DNA from: Squalus acanthias
Taxonomy: Eukaryota
Direction of reading: 5' to 3'
Length of the DNA stretch: 64,000 nt
NCBI GenBank assembly: GCA_030390025.1
Contig: CM059447.1
Location: 45,818,001-45,882,000, forward strand
Position numbers and translations under genes: made by a program. Every line of letters starts with the position of its first letter. Positions within the stretch are counted from its first letter, which is position 1. Positions 50,368 through 64,000 of the stretch are shown here, piece after piece. A model generated the notes under the pieces. It did not search any database and had not been told where the DNA came from. It saw only the letters and a list, made by a program, of their open reading frames with translations.

Positions 50368-53300
50368 TAGGAAGAACAGGCAAAAAGGAAAAGGAGGCGG
50401 GGTGGCGTTGTTAGTAACGGATGACATCAGAGCAATAGTGAGAAAAGATATTGGCTCAGAAAATCAAGATATAGAATGAGTCTGGGTGGAGCTAAGAAGC
50501 ACCAAGGGGCAGAAAACATTGGTGGGAGTTGTCTATAGGCCTTCAAACAGTAGTGGTAATGTACGGGATGGCATAAAACAGGCAATTAGAGATGCATATA
50601 ACAAGGGTACTACAGTAATCATGGGTGACTTTAACCTACATATAGACTGGCCAAACCAAATTAGCAATAATACTGTGGAGGATGAATTCCTGGAGTGTGT
50701 ACGAGATGGTTTTTTAGACCAGTACGTTGAGGAGCCAACTAGGGAACAGGCTATCCTAGATTGGGTATTGTGCAATGAGAAGGGGTTAATTAATAATCTT
50801 GTTGTGCAGGGTCCTTTAGGGAAGAGTGACCATAACATGATAGAATTCTTCATTAAGATGGAAAGTGAAGAAGTCCAATCTGAAACTAGGGTTCTAAATC
50901 TAAACAAAGGAAACTACGAAGGTATGAGGAGTGAGTTGGTTATGATAGATTGGGGAACGTCATGATGGTGGATAGGCAATGGCTAACATTTAAGGAACGA
51001 ATGCATGAATTGCAACAGTTATACATTACTTTCTGGCGCAAAAACACAAAAGGAAAAGCGGCTCAACCATGGCTAATAAAAGAAATTAAGGATAGTATTA
51101 GATCCAAAGAGGAGTCATATAAAGTTGCTGGAAAAAGAAGCAAGCCTGAGGATTGGGAGCAGTCTAGAATTCAGCAAAAAAGGACCAATAGATTGATTAA
51201 GAGGGGAAAAATAGAGTATGAGAGTAAACGTGCAAAGAACATAAAAGCGGACTGTAAAAGCTTCTACAAGTATGTAAAAAGAAAAAGATTAGTGAAGACA
51301 AATATAGGTCCCTTACAGTCAGAAATGGGAGAATTTATAATGGGGAACAAGGAAATGGCCGAGCAATTAAAAAAATACTTTGGTTCTGTCTTCACGGAAG
51401 AGGACACAAATAACTTCCCAGAAATGCTAGGGAACCAAGGGTCTAGTGAGAAGGAGGAATTAAAGGAAATTAGTATTAGTAAAAAAAATAGTGTTGGAGA
51501 AATTAATGGGACTGAAAGCCGATAAATCCCCAGGGCCTGATGATCTGCATCAGAGTACTAAAAGAGGTAGCCATGGAAATAGTGGATGCATTGGTGGTCA
51601 TCTTCCAAAATGCTATAGATTATGGAACAGTCCCTGCAGATTGGAGGGTGGCAAATGTAACCCCACTATTTAAAAAAGGAGGGAGAGAGAAAACAGGGAA
51701 CTACAGACCGGTTAGCCTAACATCAGTAGTAGGGAAAATGCTAGAGTCTATTATAAAGGATGTGATAACAGGACACTTAGAAAATATCAACGGGATTAGA
51801 CAAAGTCAACATGGATTTATGAAAGGAAAATCATGTTTGACAAACCTACTGGAGTTTTTTGAGGATATAACTGGTAGAATAGATAAGGGAGAACCAGTGG
51901 ATGTGGTGTATTTGGATTTTCAGAAGGCCTTTGATAAAGTCCCACATAAGAGGTTAGTGTGCAAAATTAAAGCACATGGGATTGGGGGTAATATACTGAC
52001 ATGGATTGAAAATTGGTTTAACAGAGAGTAGGAATAAATGGGTCTTTATCGGGGTGGCAGGCGGTGACTAGTGGGGTACCACAGGGATCAGTGCTTGGGC
52101 CCCAGCTATTCACAATATATATCAATGATTTGGATGAGGGAACCAAATGTAATATTTCCAAGTTTGCTGACGTCATGAAATTAGGTGGGATTGTGAGTTG
52201 TGAGGAGGATGCAAAGAGGCTTCAAGGTGATTTAGACAAGTTGAGTGAGTAGGTAAATACATGGCAGTGTGAAGGAATAAGCCATATTCAGAAAAATACA
52301 CCATTCTATGAAAGAATTCTGGCCTTATTAAAACATGACAAACTGGGCTTGAAAATCTAAAAAAAGCCAGCAATGGAGAAGCTGTATTGTTCACAGCATT
52401 CAGGCTATTGGGATAAGATAAGTTGTTGACACTGAATCAATAACCTTATTGAAACAGGAGGTTGGAGGCTCCTGAAGTCTGAAGCTTTGGAAAGAACACA
52501 ATGGTACACCCTGTTAAGGTGTTCTAAATTACACTTCGGAAAGAAACACATAAAATTAAGAAACATATGCCTTTGTAAAAATGACATCAAATGAAACACA
52601 GGAGACACGATTCTGTGTTGCAACCAGCTGAGGTAACTAAGAATTGCATAAATCACCCTGGTTGAGGTGTTTTAATTTATACTTCGTAAACAGACAAACA
52701 GAAGACCTTGGTAAAAATGACATCAAATAGATGCACTTGCTGTTACACCGTTTTTTATGATAAGCTTCGAACACCTAAAGGAGAGACACGAGTCTGCATT
52801 GCTACCAGCTGAGGTGACTGTAATAGCAGGGGTCAGCAACAAATGACTAGCGATAATTAGCTTACATCAGCAGAAAACTTCAAAGGAAATACCACTAAAA
52901 AAGGATATAAATATTGAACTTTCAAATGGGATGATAGTCTCGCTGTAAAGGGGCAAAGCGATTCTCAGGCTTCAGAGGCGGCTCTGTAAGTCTACAACTC
53001 TTTGTACCTCGGGGATCAAGGTATTGTACTGTATTTGATTTTGGTGGATATCCTGGAATAAAGACTAAGAACTGTAAAACTGTAGCGAAGTTAAGATTTG
53101 AGAATAAGGATCTCTGATAAGAATTGTAAGCTTTCTCTTTTTGGAACTGTTAATGTTGCGATTGAAACACCTACTGTAATTACATGTCCGTTCTTTAATA
53201 AATCTATATATTTTTAGAATTGTCTCACATAATACTTCTGTATCAAACTCGCAAACTCAATCTCTGTACACTCTTTGGTGAGGAGTTGCAGAATTCTGGG

Positions 53301-54385
53301 GGAGTTTTCCGGACCCTCATAATATCCAGAACGTTACAGTCTAGCTAAACTTATTAAAAGCGCTATCTGGAGCACGGTAACATCTTCAGGTTGTTCCTTT
53401 CCTTTAGGGAGAGATGGTCCGGACCTTTAGACCCAATTAAGCGTCTTTAGGATTCAGCTACCTCAAACTTTAGTTGAAAGTGAACGTCTGGGGAATACGC
53501 CTGATCTGGGGTAGCCCTAAAGGGTCTAGGACTAGTAATTATCCCTTCAGTAGATGCAGTATAACGTGGATAAATGTGAAGTTATCCACTTCGGTAGGAA
53601 AAACAGAAAGGCAGCGTATTATTTAAATGGTGATAGATTGGGAAATGTTGATGTACAGAGGGACCTGGGTGTCCTTGTACACCAGTCACTGAAAGCAAAC
53701 ATGCAGGTGCAGCAAGCAGTTAGGAAGGCAAATGGTATGTTGGCCTTCATTGCAAGAGGATTTGAGTACAGGAGCAAGGATGTCTTACTACAGTTATACA
53801 GGGCCTTGGTGAGACCACACCTGGAGTACTGTGTGCAGTTTTTGTCTCTTTACCTAAGAAAGGATATACTTGCCATAGAGGGAGTGCACCAAAGGTTCAC
53901 CAGACTGATTCCTGGGATGGCAGGACTGTCGTATGAGGAGAGATTGGGTCGACTAGGCCTGTATTCACTAGAGTTTAGAAGAATGAGAGAGGATCTCATT
54001 GAAGCATATAAAATTCTGACAGGGCTAGACAGACTAGATGCAGGGAGGATGTTTCCCCTGGCTGGGGGATCTAGAACGAGGGGTCACAGTCTCAGGATAC
54101 GGGGTAGGATATTTAGGACTGAGATGAGGAGAAATTTCTTCACTCAGAGGGTGGTGAACCTGTGGAATTTTCTACCACAGAAGGCTGTGGAGGCCAAGTC
54201 ACTGAATATATTTAAGAAGGAGATAGATAGATTTCTAGACACAAAAGGCCTCAAGGGGTATGGGGAGAGAGTGGGAATATGGTATTGAGATAGCGGATCA
54301 GCCATGATCATATTGAATGGCGGAGCAGGCTCGAAGGGCCGAATGGCCGACTCCTGCTCCTATTTTTCTATGTTTTCTATGTTTC
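50368..54385 (+). mobile_element. CR1 LINE, near-complete ORF2, split by a solo LTR
   Basis: [58 protein letters not shown]; (TTTTCTATG) tail. Confidence 0.95.
52268..53549 (+). mobile_element. Solo LTR (~1.28 kb)
   Basis: TGTGAAGGAATAA...TTATCCCTTCA; TSD GCAG/GTAG; removal restores CR1 TGGCAG|ATGCAG; TATAAA near 52905 and AATAAA near 53057 and 53197. Confidence 0.85.
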
Positions 54386-54388
54386 CAT

Positions 54389-57300
54389 TGTGAGGCCAGG
54401 TTACATAAGCCCTCAGTTGTGATGTTGCCCTGGGCCATGTGCCCATATAAGTCCTGCCAGCTCTCTGTGTAATAAGTAAGACTTGACTGAAAAAATCAGT
54501 TAAAGAGTGAAGCCAGGCGGATAAGGGAAGTCTACGGGCAAGAGAAACATGGGCTTCAGGCCTGGTGGAAAAGTCCTGACAGGGAAGAGCCATGTTAATT
54601 CAGGTGGCAGAAGGAAGCCAATCAAGGGGAAAGGAGCAGATTCAAGCTTACTCGGGGGAAAAACATAGAAAAGAGATTTTGTGCTCAGAAAGTTTAGTGC
54701 AGCGAGGGAGTGCATGTCTACATATTCGGCACTCTGTCTGTTTAATCTACTTTGCTTGTAAAGTGTTTTGCATGCTGATTGAAGTAATAAAGGTATTGAA
54801 CCTGAAGCAATGACTAATTTCATTACTAGTCAAGTTAGAGGACAAGGTGGGTCTTTTTACCAACATCTGGCTCGCCAGCCGTGACCTGAACTTGCAGTTT
54901 GTTTTTTTTGGAAAACCGGTGGCGGGGCTGGGGGGTGGAGGAGGAGGGACAAGAAGGGGGTCGATGTCGGACTGAAGTGAAGCCTGACTCACTAAGGACT
55001 CAATCTAGATGCGCTCTGTGACAGGAGGCAGACTACTTCCACAGTCGGCAACCCACGGCAACAGATTCGCTGCAAGACCCAGGATAAAGAAGTTCTATGT
55101 ATGAGTAGTACACTTTGTATAGGGGGAGCAGATACACAAGCGTACGGTGCTTTGACATAACACTGGAGGAGCCATTGCACTAGTCACACAGACCTCAACC
55201 TCCATAGGCATCACAGAAAGGGGAGGTTGTTGAAAGGGAAAATAGGGGAGACTGATCACCTCCAATAGGGGCCAAATCCAGACAGGAAAGTGGCCAAATA
55301 AATAGGGGCCAAATCCAAAGGGGAAACCAGCCCAACGAGGTCATAAAATAGTAAAATAGATAACAGTAATAAAATGGATAAAAATAATAATGAAGTACCC
55401 TCATTGAGGGTGTGGGCAGAAGATTATAAAGGAAGGCAGTTACACTGTGCAGCCCACGTTTGTACACAACATGGCAACATAAGGGTTAACAACTATCAGA
55501 GAAATGAAATCGGGAGGGAAGAAGAATGCCAGCAGCTAGAAGCCAGGAATGGTGATCTAAGCTGTGCGCTAACCCATCGGAGAAGTCAGCAAATGAAGGA
55601 AAAGAACAGGGAGTTAGAGAACCAAAACCAGTTGCTGGGACGACACTTCTCGAGGGCAACTAGGGATGGGCAATAAATGCTGGCCGTGCCAGCGATTACC
55701 AGATCCCATAAGCGAATAAAAAAAAAAGTTCAAAAAGGCAGAAAAAAGGAAGTTAAAGTTGAAAGCAGCACAGAAGCTGAAGGTAAATGCTGCTGGCCCC
55801 TGTGGCGAGAAAAATTAAACACAAGAATTACTGAATGAAAGGAAGCTTAAAGGTGCTGGAATTTCCGTTTGTATGGAAGTGTGGGAGTTTTCCTGACTCT
55901 GAATGTTTAAGAAGTTACAGCGTTTCTTTAGTCTGAAAGTCTGTCTTTAGAAAGTGACCATTATGTTTGTTTTCGGTGTCAACGCCACCTATGGCTCTGT
56001 GCACAGAAGTAAAAGCCGTTTAACCCTTTGTAGTCTTGCCTTGCGTGATGTCTTTCCTCCAGACTTGTGCTGTTTTAAGTTTGTTAATTGATTTCTGTAG
56101 GTATACACATGTGTATTATTTGTGAGAAAGTTGAGCCACGTTTTTGGTTTTTGAACTGATTTAAACTGTGTGAACAGGCTCGCACCCAAGGGATATCACA
56201 CAAACTTTGGCACTTTGAGTTCATAACCCATCACAGGGATCAATATTTTTAAGTTGCATGAAAGTGTGAATATTGTTGATTGAGTTTGTTCATTTCAATT
56301 TAAGGTTGTGCACCCAGAATTGGGGAAAACTTTCTGATTTACATTTTAAGTTAAAGCCGCTGGTGTGGATTTATTTTGACTGAAGTTTACTTGTGCAACT
56401 GTGAAAAACAGAGGGATTTAAATTAAAGATGCATCCTGTTCTAAATCAATTTGAACATTTGACCTGCTATGTGATTGACTCCTCCCCCACCCTCTAAGAT
56501 TTTGACAAGCAAGAAATAATCAGAAATTATAAATCTGACTGACAGAAAAAGCACTAAATTAATCTAGGATGGAATAAAGAAGGAGAGAGGGAAAGATTCT
56601 GTCCCTTTTCTACTGTTAACAGCTGCAGGAGATCTTTTGCTGTCAGCGTAATGTTTCTTTCAGAGACTGTGAATGTTTCGGAGCCCACAAGCTGTGGGAG
56701 GCTCCACCACCATCTCTTCTGTGTAAGAGTCTTAAAGGTTTTGTTTAACTGTGAAAGCTAACCTTTTCTTCAATTACATTAGTCATTTGGAAAGGCACCC
56801 GAAGAACGATGACATATTTTACTGGGTTTTTGTAAGCATGTGCTATTTTGATCATTTTATCTGTTCTGTATTGTGTTTAGTTTACGATATTGGTCTGAAT
56901 TATATTGGAATTAATGAGTTAACTAGCCTATTAAACTATGAATATTAGACTTTCATTGTGGCCACAGTGAAATTCTGGTTATTGTAATTATGTGGAGACT
57001 TCACATATAAAGAAAATTCTGCTGTTTTAATGGATTTTTAATTCCTAAGGAAAAAAAAAGGTTTGGTAGAATCTTTGTGCAAGTTTTAAAAGCTACAAAG
57101 ATTTTGGGTAAAAAAAGTAAAATGGAATTTGGTTATTTGTTCGGCAAAGTTTCTTAAAAAAAAATGTATGTGAAGTGGTGCAATTGCTGGCGTCTGACAA
57201 TATCTTATAAACATGCAAAGGAATTAACCCTTTCTGCTGACAGCTGTTTTTAATTCACCAAGCCACAACTTATGTATTCATTTAAGTGGATATTTTACCA

Positions 57301-58450
57301 CAGTGACTGAAAGAAATCATGAATTGACAAATTAACCCACTGGGCTCTCAAGAAGAGCCACAATAGATTCTCTGTTTTTCTTTCAAACAGGAGACCATGG
57401 TTTTCCGCACCACATGAATATTGATGGCGCAGCAAGAGATCCAGTAGTTTTAAGAATTTAAGACCTTATCGGCAGACTTCAAGTGTCACAGCGTGGTGAA
57501 GATTTGGACTTAAGATTTTGCCTTTCAAATGGCCTTAACCTATTCAGGGTCATTTGTTCTCTTCTGAGGTTATGTGCTCGAGGAGGAGAGATATGGGAGT
57601 TACTGCCAGAAGAAATTGCAAACACTTCTGTCTCTAATGTAAAACCACCAAGCCTGGCTATCATTTGTTTCTGTAATTGGAATTGATAAGATAAATTGAT
57701 ATGAGTTGCTGGTTCAAGCACTTGGGAACGGGAAAATTTACCTGCATGTTAAGGGGATAATCAAATTTTCATTATAAGAGAGGATTGCAGTCTAGGTGGT
57801 TCCTGACCAAGGCTGTGTATCATCAAAAAAAGCTTTTGGGGAAATAAAATTGAACATCAACAAGTCCTGTCCATCCAACAATGCTGCTCTATGGATTTGC
57901 GATAATTTTGAAATGATAAACTGGACTCGGGCACAATATAGCGGGTTATTTTGGGAAGTAAAAGGTCCAAGAAGAGGTTCGGTTAAGTAAAATACACAAA
58001 CAATAGGTGTTGATAACTTGGACTAAGTGGGAACGTTTGATTGTTGCTTTAAAGATATTACGATAATATTGTATTGGACAGTAAAGTTCCTCCAGGGCTC
58101 ATGAATGAGATGAAAAGGTAATTAATGTGTAAAATTGAATGAGAAGAAGTGATTGAGGATATAAGATAGAAACAGGAAAATTACACCACCAAATGAGAAT
58201 TTTTCTAAAATCATTTTCTTAGGTGAATTGGAATAAATCACCTGGGCACAATCTATATTCTAGTGAAAGTCAGGAAACTGTGGGTGAGAATAGTGAATTG
58301 ATAGCTTTCTCTTGGAGATGTTTGCATCCTTGCCTATACTGAACAATAAGAAAACTGCATTTGCTAGCCTGGCCACTACCCAAGACATCGGGACCATAAA
58401 GGAGCAACAATCCCCAGATCCCCCGCCCACCCACCATTGTTCAGATCATC
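54389..58450 (+). mobile_element. Putative second LTR element (LTR 54389-54865, PBS-like site, decayed gag-like leader, AT-rich internal region)
   Basis: TGTGAGG...CCAACA with AATAAA near 54786; TGGCTCGCCAGCC at 54868; no second LTR or pol recognised; right boundary uncertain. Confidence 0.45.
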
Positions 58451-58504
58451 TGAAAGCCCAGGAATGGCTTGTATTTGATGTCACGTGACACTTCTCTACA
58501 TCTA

Positions 58505-58794
58505 CACAATCAAACCCTTTCTTAATCTAAAATATCTCTATCAGGCCATCTCTCAGTCTTCTCTTTTCTAGAGAAAAGCGCCCCAGCCTGTCTAGACTTT
58601 ACTGATAAATATGGCCTCTCAGTTCTGGTATTATTTGAGTAAATCTTTTTTGTACCTTTGCCGGTGCCTCTATATCATTTTTATAATATAGACCAGAACT
58701 GTTCACTGAACTCCAAGTGTGGTCTAATCAAGATTTTATAAAAGATTAACATAACTTCTCTGCTTTTCAATTCTATCCCTCTGAATATTAATAC
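58505..58794 (-). mobile_element. CR1 fragment cut by the satellite
   Basis: IFRGIELKSREVMLIFYKILIRPHLEFSEQFWS. Confidence 0.8.
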
Positions 58795-61700
58795 GGTGAC
58801 CTCCCGTGTCCTGGTAACTGTGACCTCCCGTGTCCTGGTAACTGTGACCTCCCGTGTCCTGGTTACTGTGACCTCCCGTGTCCTGGTTACTGTGACCTCC
58901 CGTGTCCTGGTTACTGTGACCTCCCGTGTCCTGGTTACTGTGACCTCCCGTGTCCTGGTTACTGTGACCTCCCGTGTCCAGGTTACTGTGACCTCCCGTG
59001 TCCTGGTAACTGTGACCTCCCGTGTCCTGGTTACTGTGACCTCCCGTGTCCTGGTTACTGTGACCTCCCGTGTCCTGGTTACTGTGACCTCCCGTGTCCT
59101 GGTTACTGTGACCTCCCGTGTCCTGGTTACTGTGACCTCCCGTGTCCTGGTTACTGTGACCTCCCGTGTCCTGGTTACTGTGACTGTGACCTCCCGTATC
59201 CAGGTTACTGTGACCTCCCGTGTCCAGGTTACTGTGACCTCCGTGTCCAGGTTACTGTGACCCGTGTCCTGGTTACTGTGACCCGTGTCCAGGTTACTGT
59301 GACCCGTGTCCAGGTTACTGTGACCTCCCGTGTCCTGGTTACTGTGACCCGTGTCCAGGTTACTGTGACCCATGTCCTGGTTACTGTGACCTCCCGTGTC
59401 CTGGTTACTGTGACCTCCCGTGTCCAGGTTACTGTGACCTCCCGTGTCCAGGTTACTGTGACCTCCCGTGTCCAGGTTACTGTGACCTCACGTGTCCAGG
59501 TTACTGTGACCTCCCGTGTCCAGGTTAGTGACCTCCCGTGTCCAGGTTACTGTGACCTCCCGTATCCAGGTTACTGTGACCTCCCGTGTCCAGGTTAATG
59601 TGACCTCCCGTGTCCAGGTTACTGTGACCTCCCATGTCCAGGTTACTGTGACCTCCCGTGTCCTGGTTACTGTGACCTCCCGTGTCCAGGTTAATGTGAC
59701 CTCCCGTGTCCAGGTTAGTGACCTCCCGTGTCCAGGTTACTGTGACCTCCCGTGTCCAGGTTACTGTGACCTCCCGTGTCCTGGTTACTGTGACCTCCTG
59801 TGTCCTGGTTACTGTGACCTCCCGTGTCCTGGTTACTGTGACCCGTGTCCTGGTTACTGTGACCTCCCGTGTCCAGGTTACTGTGACCTCCCGTGTCCTG
59901 GTTACTGTGACCCGTGTCCAGGTTACTGTGACCTCCCGTGTCCAGGTTACTGTGACCTCCCGTGTCCTGGTTACTGTGACCTCCCGTGTCCAGGTTACTG
60001 TGACCTCCCGTGTCCAGGTTACTGTGACCTCCCGTGTCCAGGTTACTGTGACCTCCCGTGTCCAGGTTACTGTGACCCGTGTCCAGGTTACTGTGACCTC
60101 CCGTGTCCAGGTTACTGTGACCTCCCGTGTCCTGGTTACTGTGACCTCCCGTGTCCAGGTTACTGTGACCTCCCGTGTCCAGGTTACTGTGACCTCCCGT
60201 GTCCTGGTTACTGTGACCTCCCGTGTCCAGGTTACTGTGACCTCCCGTGTCCTGGTTACTGTGACCTCCCGTGTCCAGGTTACTGTGACCTCCCGTGTCC
60301 TGGTTACTGTGACCTCCCGTGTCCAGGTTACTGTGACCTCCCGTGTCCAGGTTACTGTGACCTCCCGTGTCCAGGTTACTGTGACCCGTGTCCAGGTTAC
60401 TGTGACCTCCCGTGTCCAGGTTACTGTGACCTCCCGTGTCCAGGTTACTGTGACCCATGTCCAGGTTACTGTGACCTCTCGTGTCCAGGTTACTGTGACC
60501 TCCCGTGTCCAGGTTACTGTGACCTCCCGTGTCCAGGTTACTGTGACCTCCCCCAGGTTACTGTGACCTCCCGTGTCCAGGTTACTGTGACCTCCCGTGT
60601 CCAGGTTACTGTGACCTCCCGTGTCCAGGTTACTGTGACCTCCCGTGTCCAGGTTACTGTGACCTCCCCCAGGTTACTGTGACCTCCCGTGTCCTGGTTA
60701 CTGTGACCTCCCGTGTCCAGGCTGTGACCTCCCGAATCCTGGTTACTGTGACCTCCCGTGTCCAGGCTGTGACCTCCCGTGTCCAGGTTACTGTGACCTC
60801 CCGTGTCCAGGTTACTGTGACCTCCCGAATCCTGGTTACTGTGACCTCCCGTGTCCAGGCTGTGACCTCCCGTGTCCAGGTTACTGTGACCTCCCGTGTC
60901 CAGGTTACTGTGACCTCCCGTGTCCAGGTTACTGTGACCTCCCCCAGGTTACTGTGACCTCCCGTGTCCAGGTTACTGTGACCTCCCGTGTCCAGGTTAC
61001 TGTGACCTCCCGTGTCCAGGTTACTGTGACCTCCCGTGTCCAGGTTACTGTGACCTCCCGTGTCCAGGTTACTGTGACCTCCCCCAGGTTACTGTGACCT
61101 CCCGTGTCCTGGTTACTGTGACCTCCCGTGTCCAGGCTGTGACCTCCCGAATCCTGGTTACTGTGACCTCCCGTGTCCAGGCTGTGACCTCCCGTGTCCA
61201 GGTTACTGTGACCTCCCGTGTCCAGGTTACTGTGACCTCCCGAATCCTGGTTACTGTGACCTCCCGTGTCCAGGCTGTGACCTCCCGTGTCCAGGTTACT
61301 GTGACCTCCCGTGTCCTGGTTACTGTGACCTCCCGTGTCCTGGTTACTGTGACCCGTGTCCAGGTTACTGTTACCTCCCGTGTCCAGGTTACTGTGACCT
61401 CCCGTGTCCAGGCTGTGACCTCCTGTGTACAGGTTACTGTGACCTCCCGTGTCCAGGCTGTGACCTCCCGTGTCCTGGTTACTGTGACCTCCTGTGTCCT
61501 GGTTACTGTGACCCGTGTCCTGGTTACTGTGACCTCCCGTGAACTGGTTACTGTGACCTCCCGTGTCCAGGTTACTGTGACCCGTGTCCTGGTTACTGTG
61601 ACCTCCCGTGAACTGGTTACTGTGACCTCCCGTGTCCTGGTTACTGTGACCCGTGTCCAGGTTACTGTGACCTCCCGTGTCCAGGTTACTGTGACCTCCC

Positions 61701-64000
61701 GTGTCCAGGTTACTGTGACCTCCCGTGTCCAGGTTACTGTGACCTCCCGTGTCCAGGTTACTGTGACCTCCCGTGTCCAGGTTACTGTGATCTCCCGTGT
61801 CCTGGTTACTGTGACCCGTGTCCAGGTTACTGTGACCTCCCCCAGGTTACTGTGACCTCCCGTGTCCTGGTTACTGTGACCTCCCGTGTCCAGGCTGTGA
61901 CCTCCCGTGTCCTGGTTACTGTGACCTCCCGTGTCCTGGTTACTGTGACCTCCCGTGTCCAGGCTGTGACCTCCCGTGTCCAGGTTACTGTGACCTCCCG
62001 TGTCCAGGTTACTGTGACCTCCCCCAGGTTACTGTGACCTCCCGTGTCCTGGTTACTGTGACCTCCCGTGTCCAGGCTGTGACCTCCCGTGTCCTGGTTA
62101 CTGTGACCTCCCGTGTCCAGGCTGTGAACTCCCGTGTCCAGGTTACTGTGACCTCCCGTGTCCAGGTTACTGTGATCTCCCGTGTCCAGGTTACTGTGAC
62201 CTCCCCCAGGTTACTGTGACCTCCCGTGTCCTGGTTACTGTGACCTCCCGTGTCCAGGCTGTGACCTCCCGTGTCCTGGTTACTGTGACCTCCCGTGTCA
62301 AGGTTACTGTGACCTCCCGTGTCCTGGTTACTGTGACCCGTGTCCAGGTTACTGTGACCTCCCGTGTCCTGGTTACTGTGACCTCCCGTGTCCAGGTTAC
62401 TGTGACCTCCTGTGTCCAGGTTACTGTGACCTCCCGTGTCCAGGTTACTGTGACCTCCTGTGTCCAGGTTACTGTGACCTCCCGTGTCCAGGTTACTGTG
62501 ACCTCCCGTGTCCAGGTTACTGTGACCTCCCGTGTCCTGGTTACTGAGACCTCCCATGTCCAGGTTACTGTGACCTCCCGTGTCCTGGTTACTGAGACCT
62601 CCCATGTCCAGGTTACTGTGACCTCCCGTGTCCAGGTTACTGTGACCTCCCGTGTCCAGGCTGTGACCTCCTGTGTACAGGTTACTGTGACCTCCCGTGT
62701 CCAGGCTGTGACCTCCCGTTTCCTGGTTACTGTGACCTCCCGTGTCCTGGTTACTGTGACCTCCCGTGTCCAGGTTACTGTGACCTCCCGTGTCCAGGTT
62801 ACTGTGACCTCCTGTGTCCAGGTTACTGTGACCTCCCCCAGGTTACTGTGACCTCCCGTGTCCTGGTTACTGTGACCTCCCGTGTCCTGGTTACTGTGAC
62901 CTCCCGTGTCCAGGCTGTGACCTCCCGTGTCCAGGTTACTGTGACCTCCCGTGTCCAGGTTACTGTGACCTCCCCCAGGTTACTGTGACCTCCCGTGTCC
63001 AGGTTACTGTTACCTCCCGTGTCCAGGTTACTGTGACCTCCTGTGTCCAGGTTACTGTGACCTCCTGTGTCCAGGTTACTGTGACCTCCTGTGTCCAGGT
63101 TACTGTGACCCGTGTCCTGGTTACTGTGACCTCCCGTGTCCAGGTTACTGTGACCTCCCGTGTCCAGGTTACTGTGACCTCCCGTGTCCTGGTTACTGTG
63201 ACCTCCCGTGTCCTGGTTACTGTGACCTCCCGTGTCCTGGTTACTGTGACCCGTGTCCAGGTTACTGTGACCTCCCGTGTCCTGGTTACTGTGACCCGTG
63301 TCCTGGTTACTGTGACCTCCTGTGTACAGGTTACTGAGACCTCCCATGTCCAGGTTACTGAGACCTCCCGTGTCCTGGTTACTGAGACCTCCCATGTCCA
63401 GGTTACTGAGACCTCCCGTGTCCTGGTTACTGAGACCTCCCATGTCCAGGTTACTGTGACCTCCCGTGTCCTGGTTACTGAGACCTCCCATGTCCAGGTT
63501 ACTGTGACCTCCCGTGTCCTGGTTACTGTGACCCGTGTCCAGGTTACTGAGACCTCCCGTGTCCAGGTTACTGTGACCTCCCGTGTCCTGGTTACTGTGA
63601 CCCGTGTCCTGGTTACTGTGACCTCCTGTGTACAGGTTACTGTGACCTCCCGTGTCCTGGTTACTGAGACCTCCCATGTCCAGGTTACTGTGACCTCCCG
63701 TGTCCTGGTTACTGTGACCCGTGTCCAGGTTACTGAGACCTCCCGTGTCCAGGTTACTGTGACCTCCCATGTCCTGGTTACTGTGACCTCCCGTGTCCTG
63801 GTTACTGTGACCCGTGTCCAGGTTACTGTGACCTCCCGTGTCCTGGTTACTGTGACCTGTGTCCAGGTTACTGTGACCTCCCGTGTCCTGGTTACTGTGA
63901 CCCGTGTCCTGGTTACTGAGACCTCCCGTGTCCAGGTTACTGTGACCTCCCATGTCCTGGTTACTGTGACCTCCCATGTCCTGGTTACTGTGACCCGTGT
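58795..64000. repeat. 24-bp satellite GGTTACTGTGACCTCCCGTGTCCW, >5 kb, runs off the window end
   Basis: >200 tandem units with 20- and 21-bp variants. Confidence 0.98.

Noticed and set aside
58681-63977. Long ORFs (up to 388 aa) with GHSNLDTG, VTVTSRVQ or CPGYCDLP repeats
   Set aside because: Artefacts of a 24-bp satellite that lacks stops in several frames on both strands

Overview
Repeat-dense vertebrate genomic DNA, most likely from a cartilaginous fish (inferred from the Deu-SINE, V-SINE, CR1/L2 and Penelope repertoire). The only intact host coding sequence is the terminal exon of TMEM104 (39397-40154, +); the preceding ~39 kb looks like its last intron, filled with nested CR1, L2, RTE, Penelope, SINE and MITE insertions and several minisatellites. 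Downstream lies an intronless MROH-family (maestro HEAT-repeat) fragment split in-frame by a deleted endogenous retrovirus-like element (44081-49773, -). That element has a long LTR, a tRNA-Arg-like PBS, gag with a damaged CCHC knuckle, an in-frame UGA-CGG gag/pol junction, a DSG protease, a YVDD RT, and a Gypsy-like tether plus a second retroviral-type RNase H (lokiretrovirus/spuma-like architecture). It is followed by a CR1 carrying a solo LTR, a second degraded LTR element and a >5 kb 24-bp satellite. A complete minimal type-I hammerhead ribozyme motif sits in a short Penelope-derived fold-back insertion (21158-21196, -). All alignments and counts were made by eye, and boundaries of old repeats are approximate.
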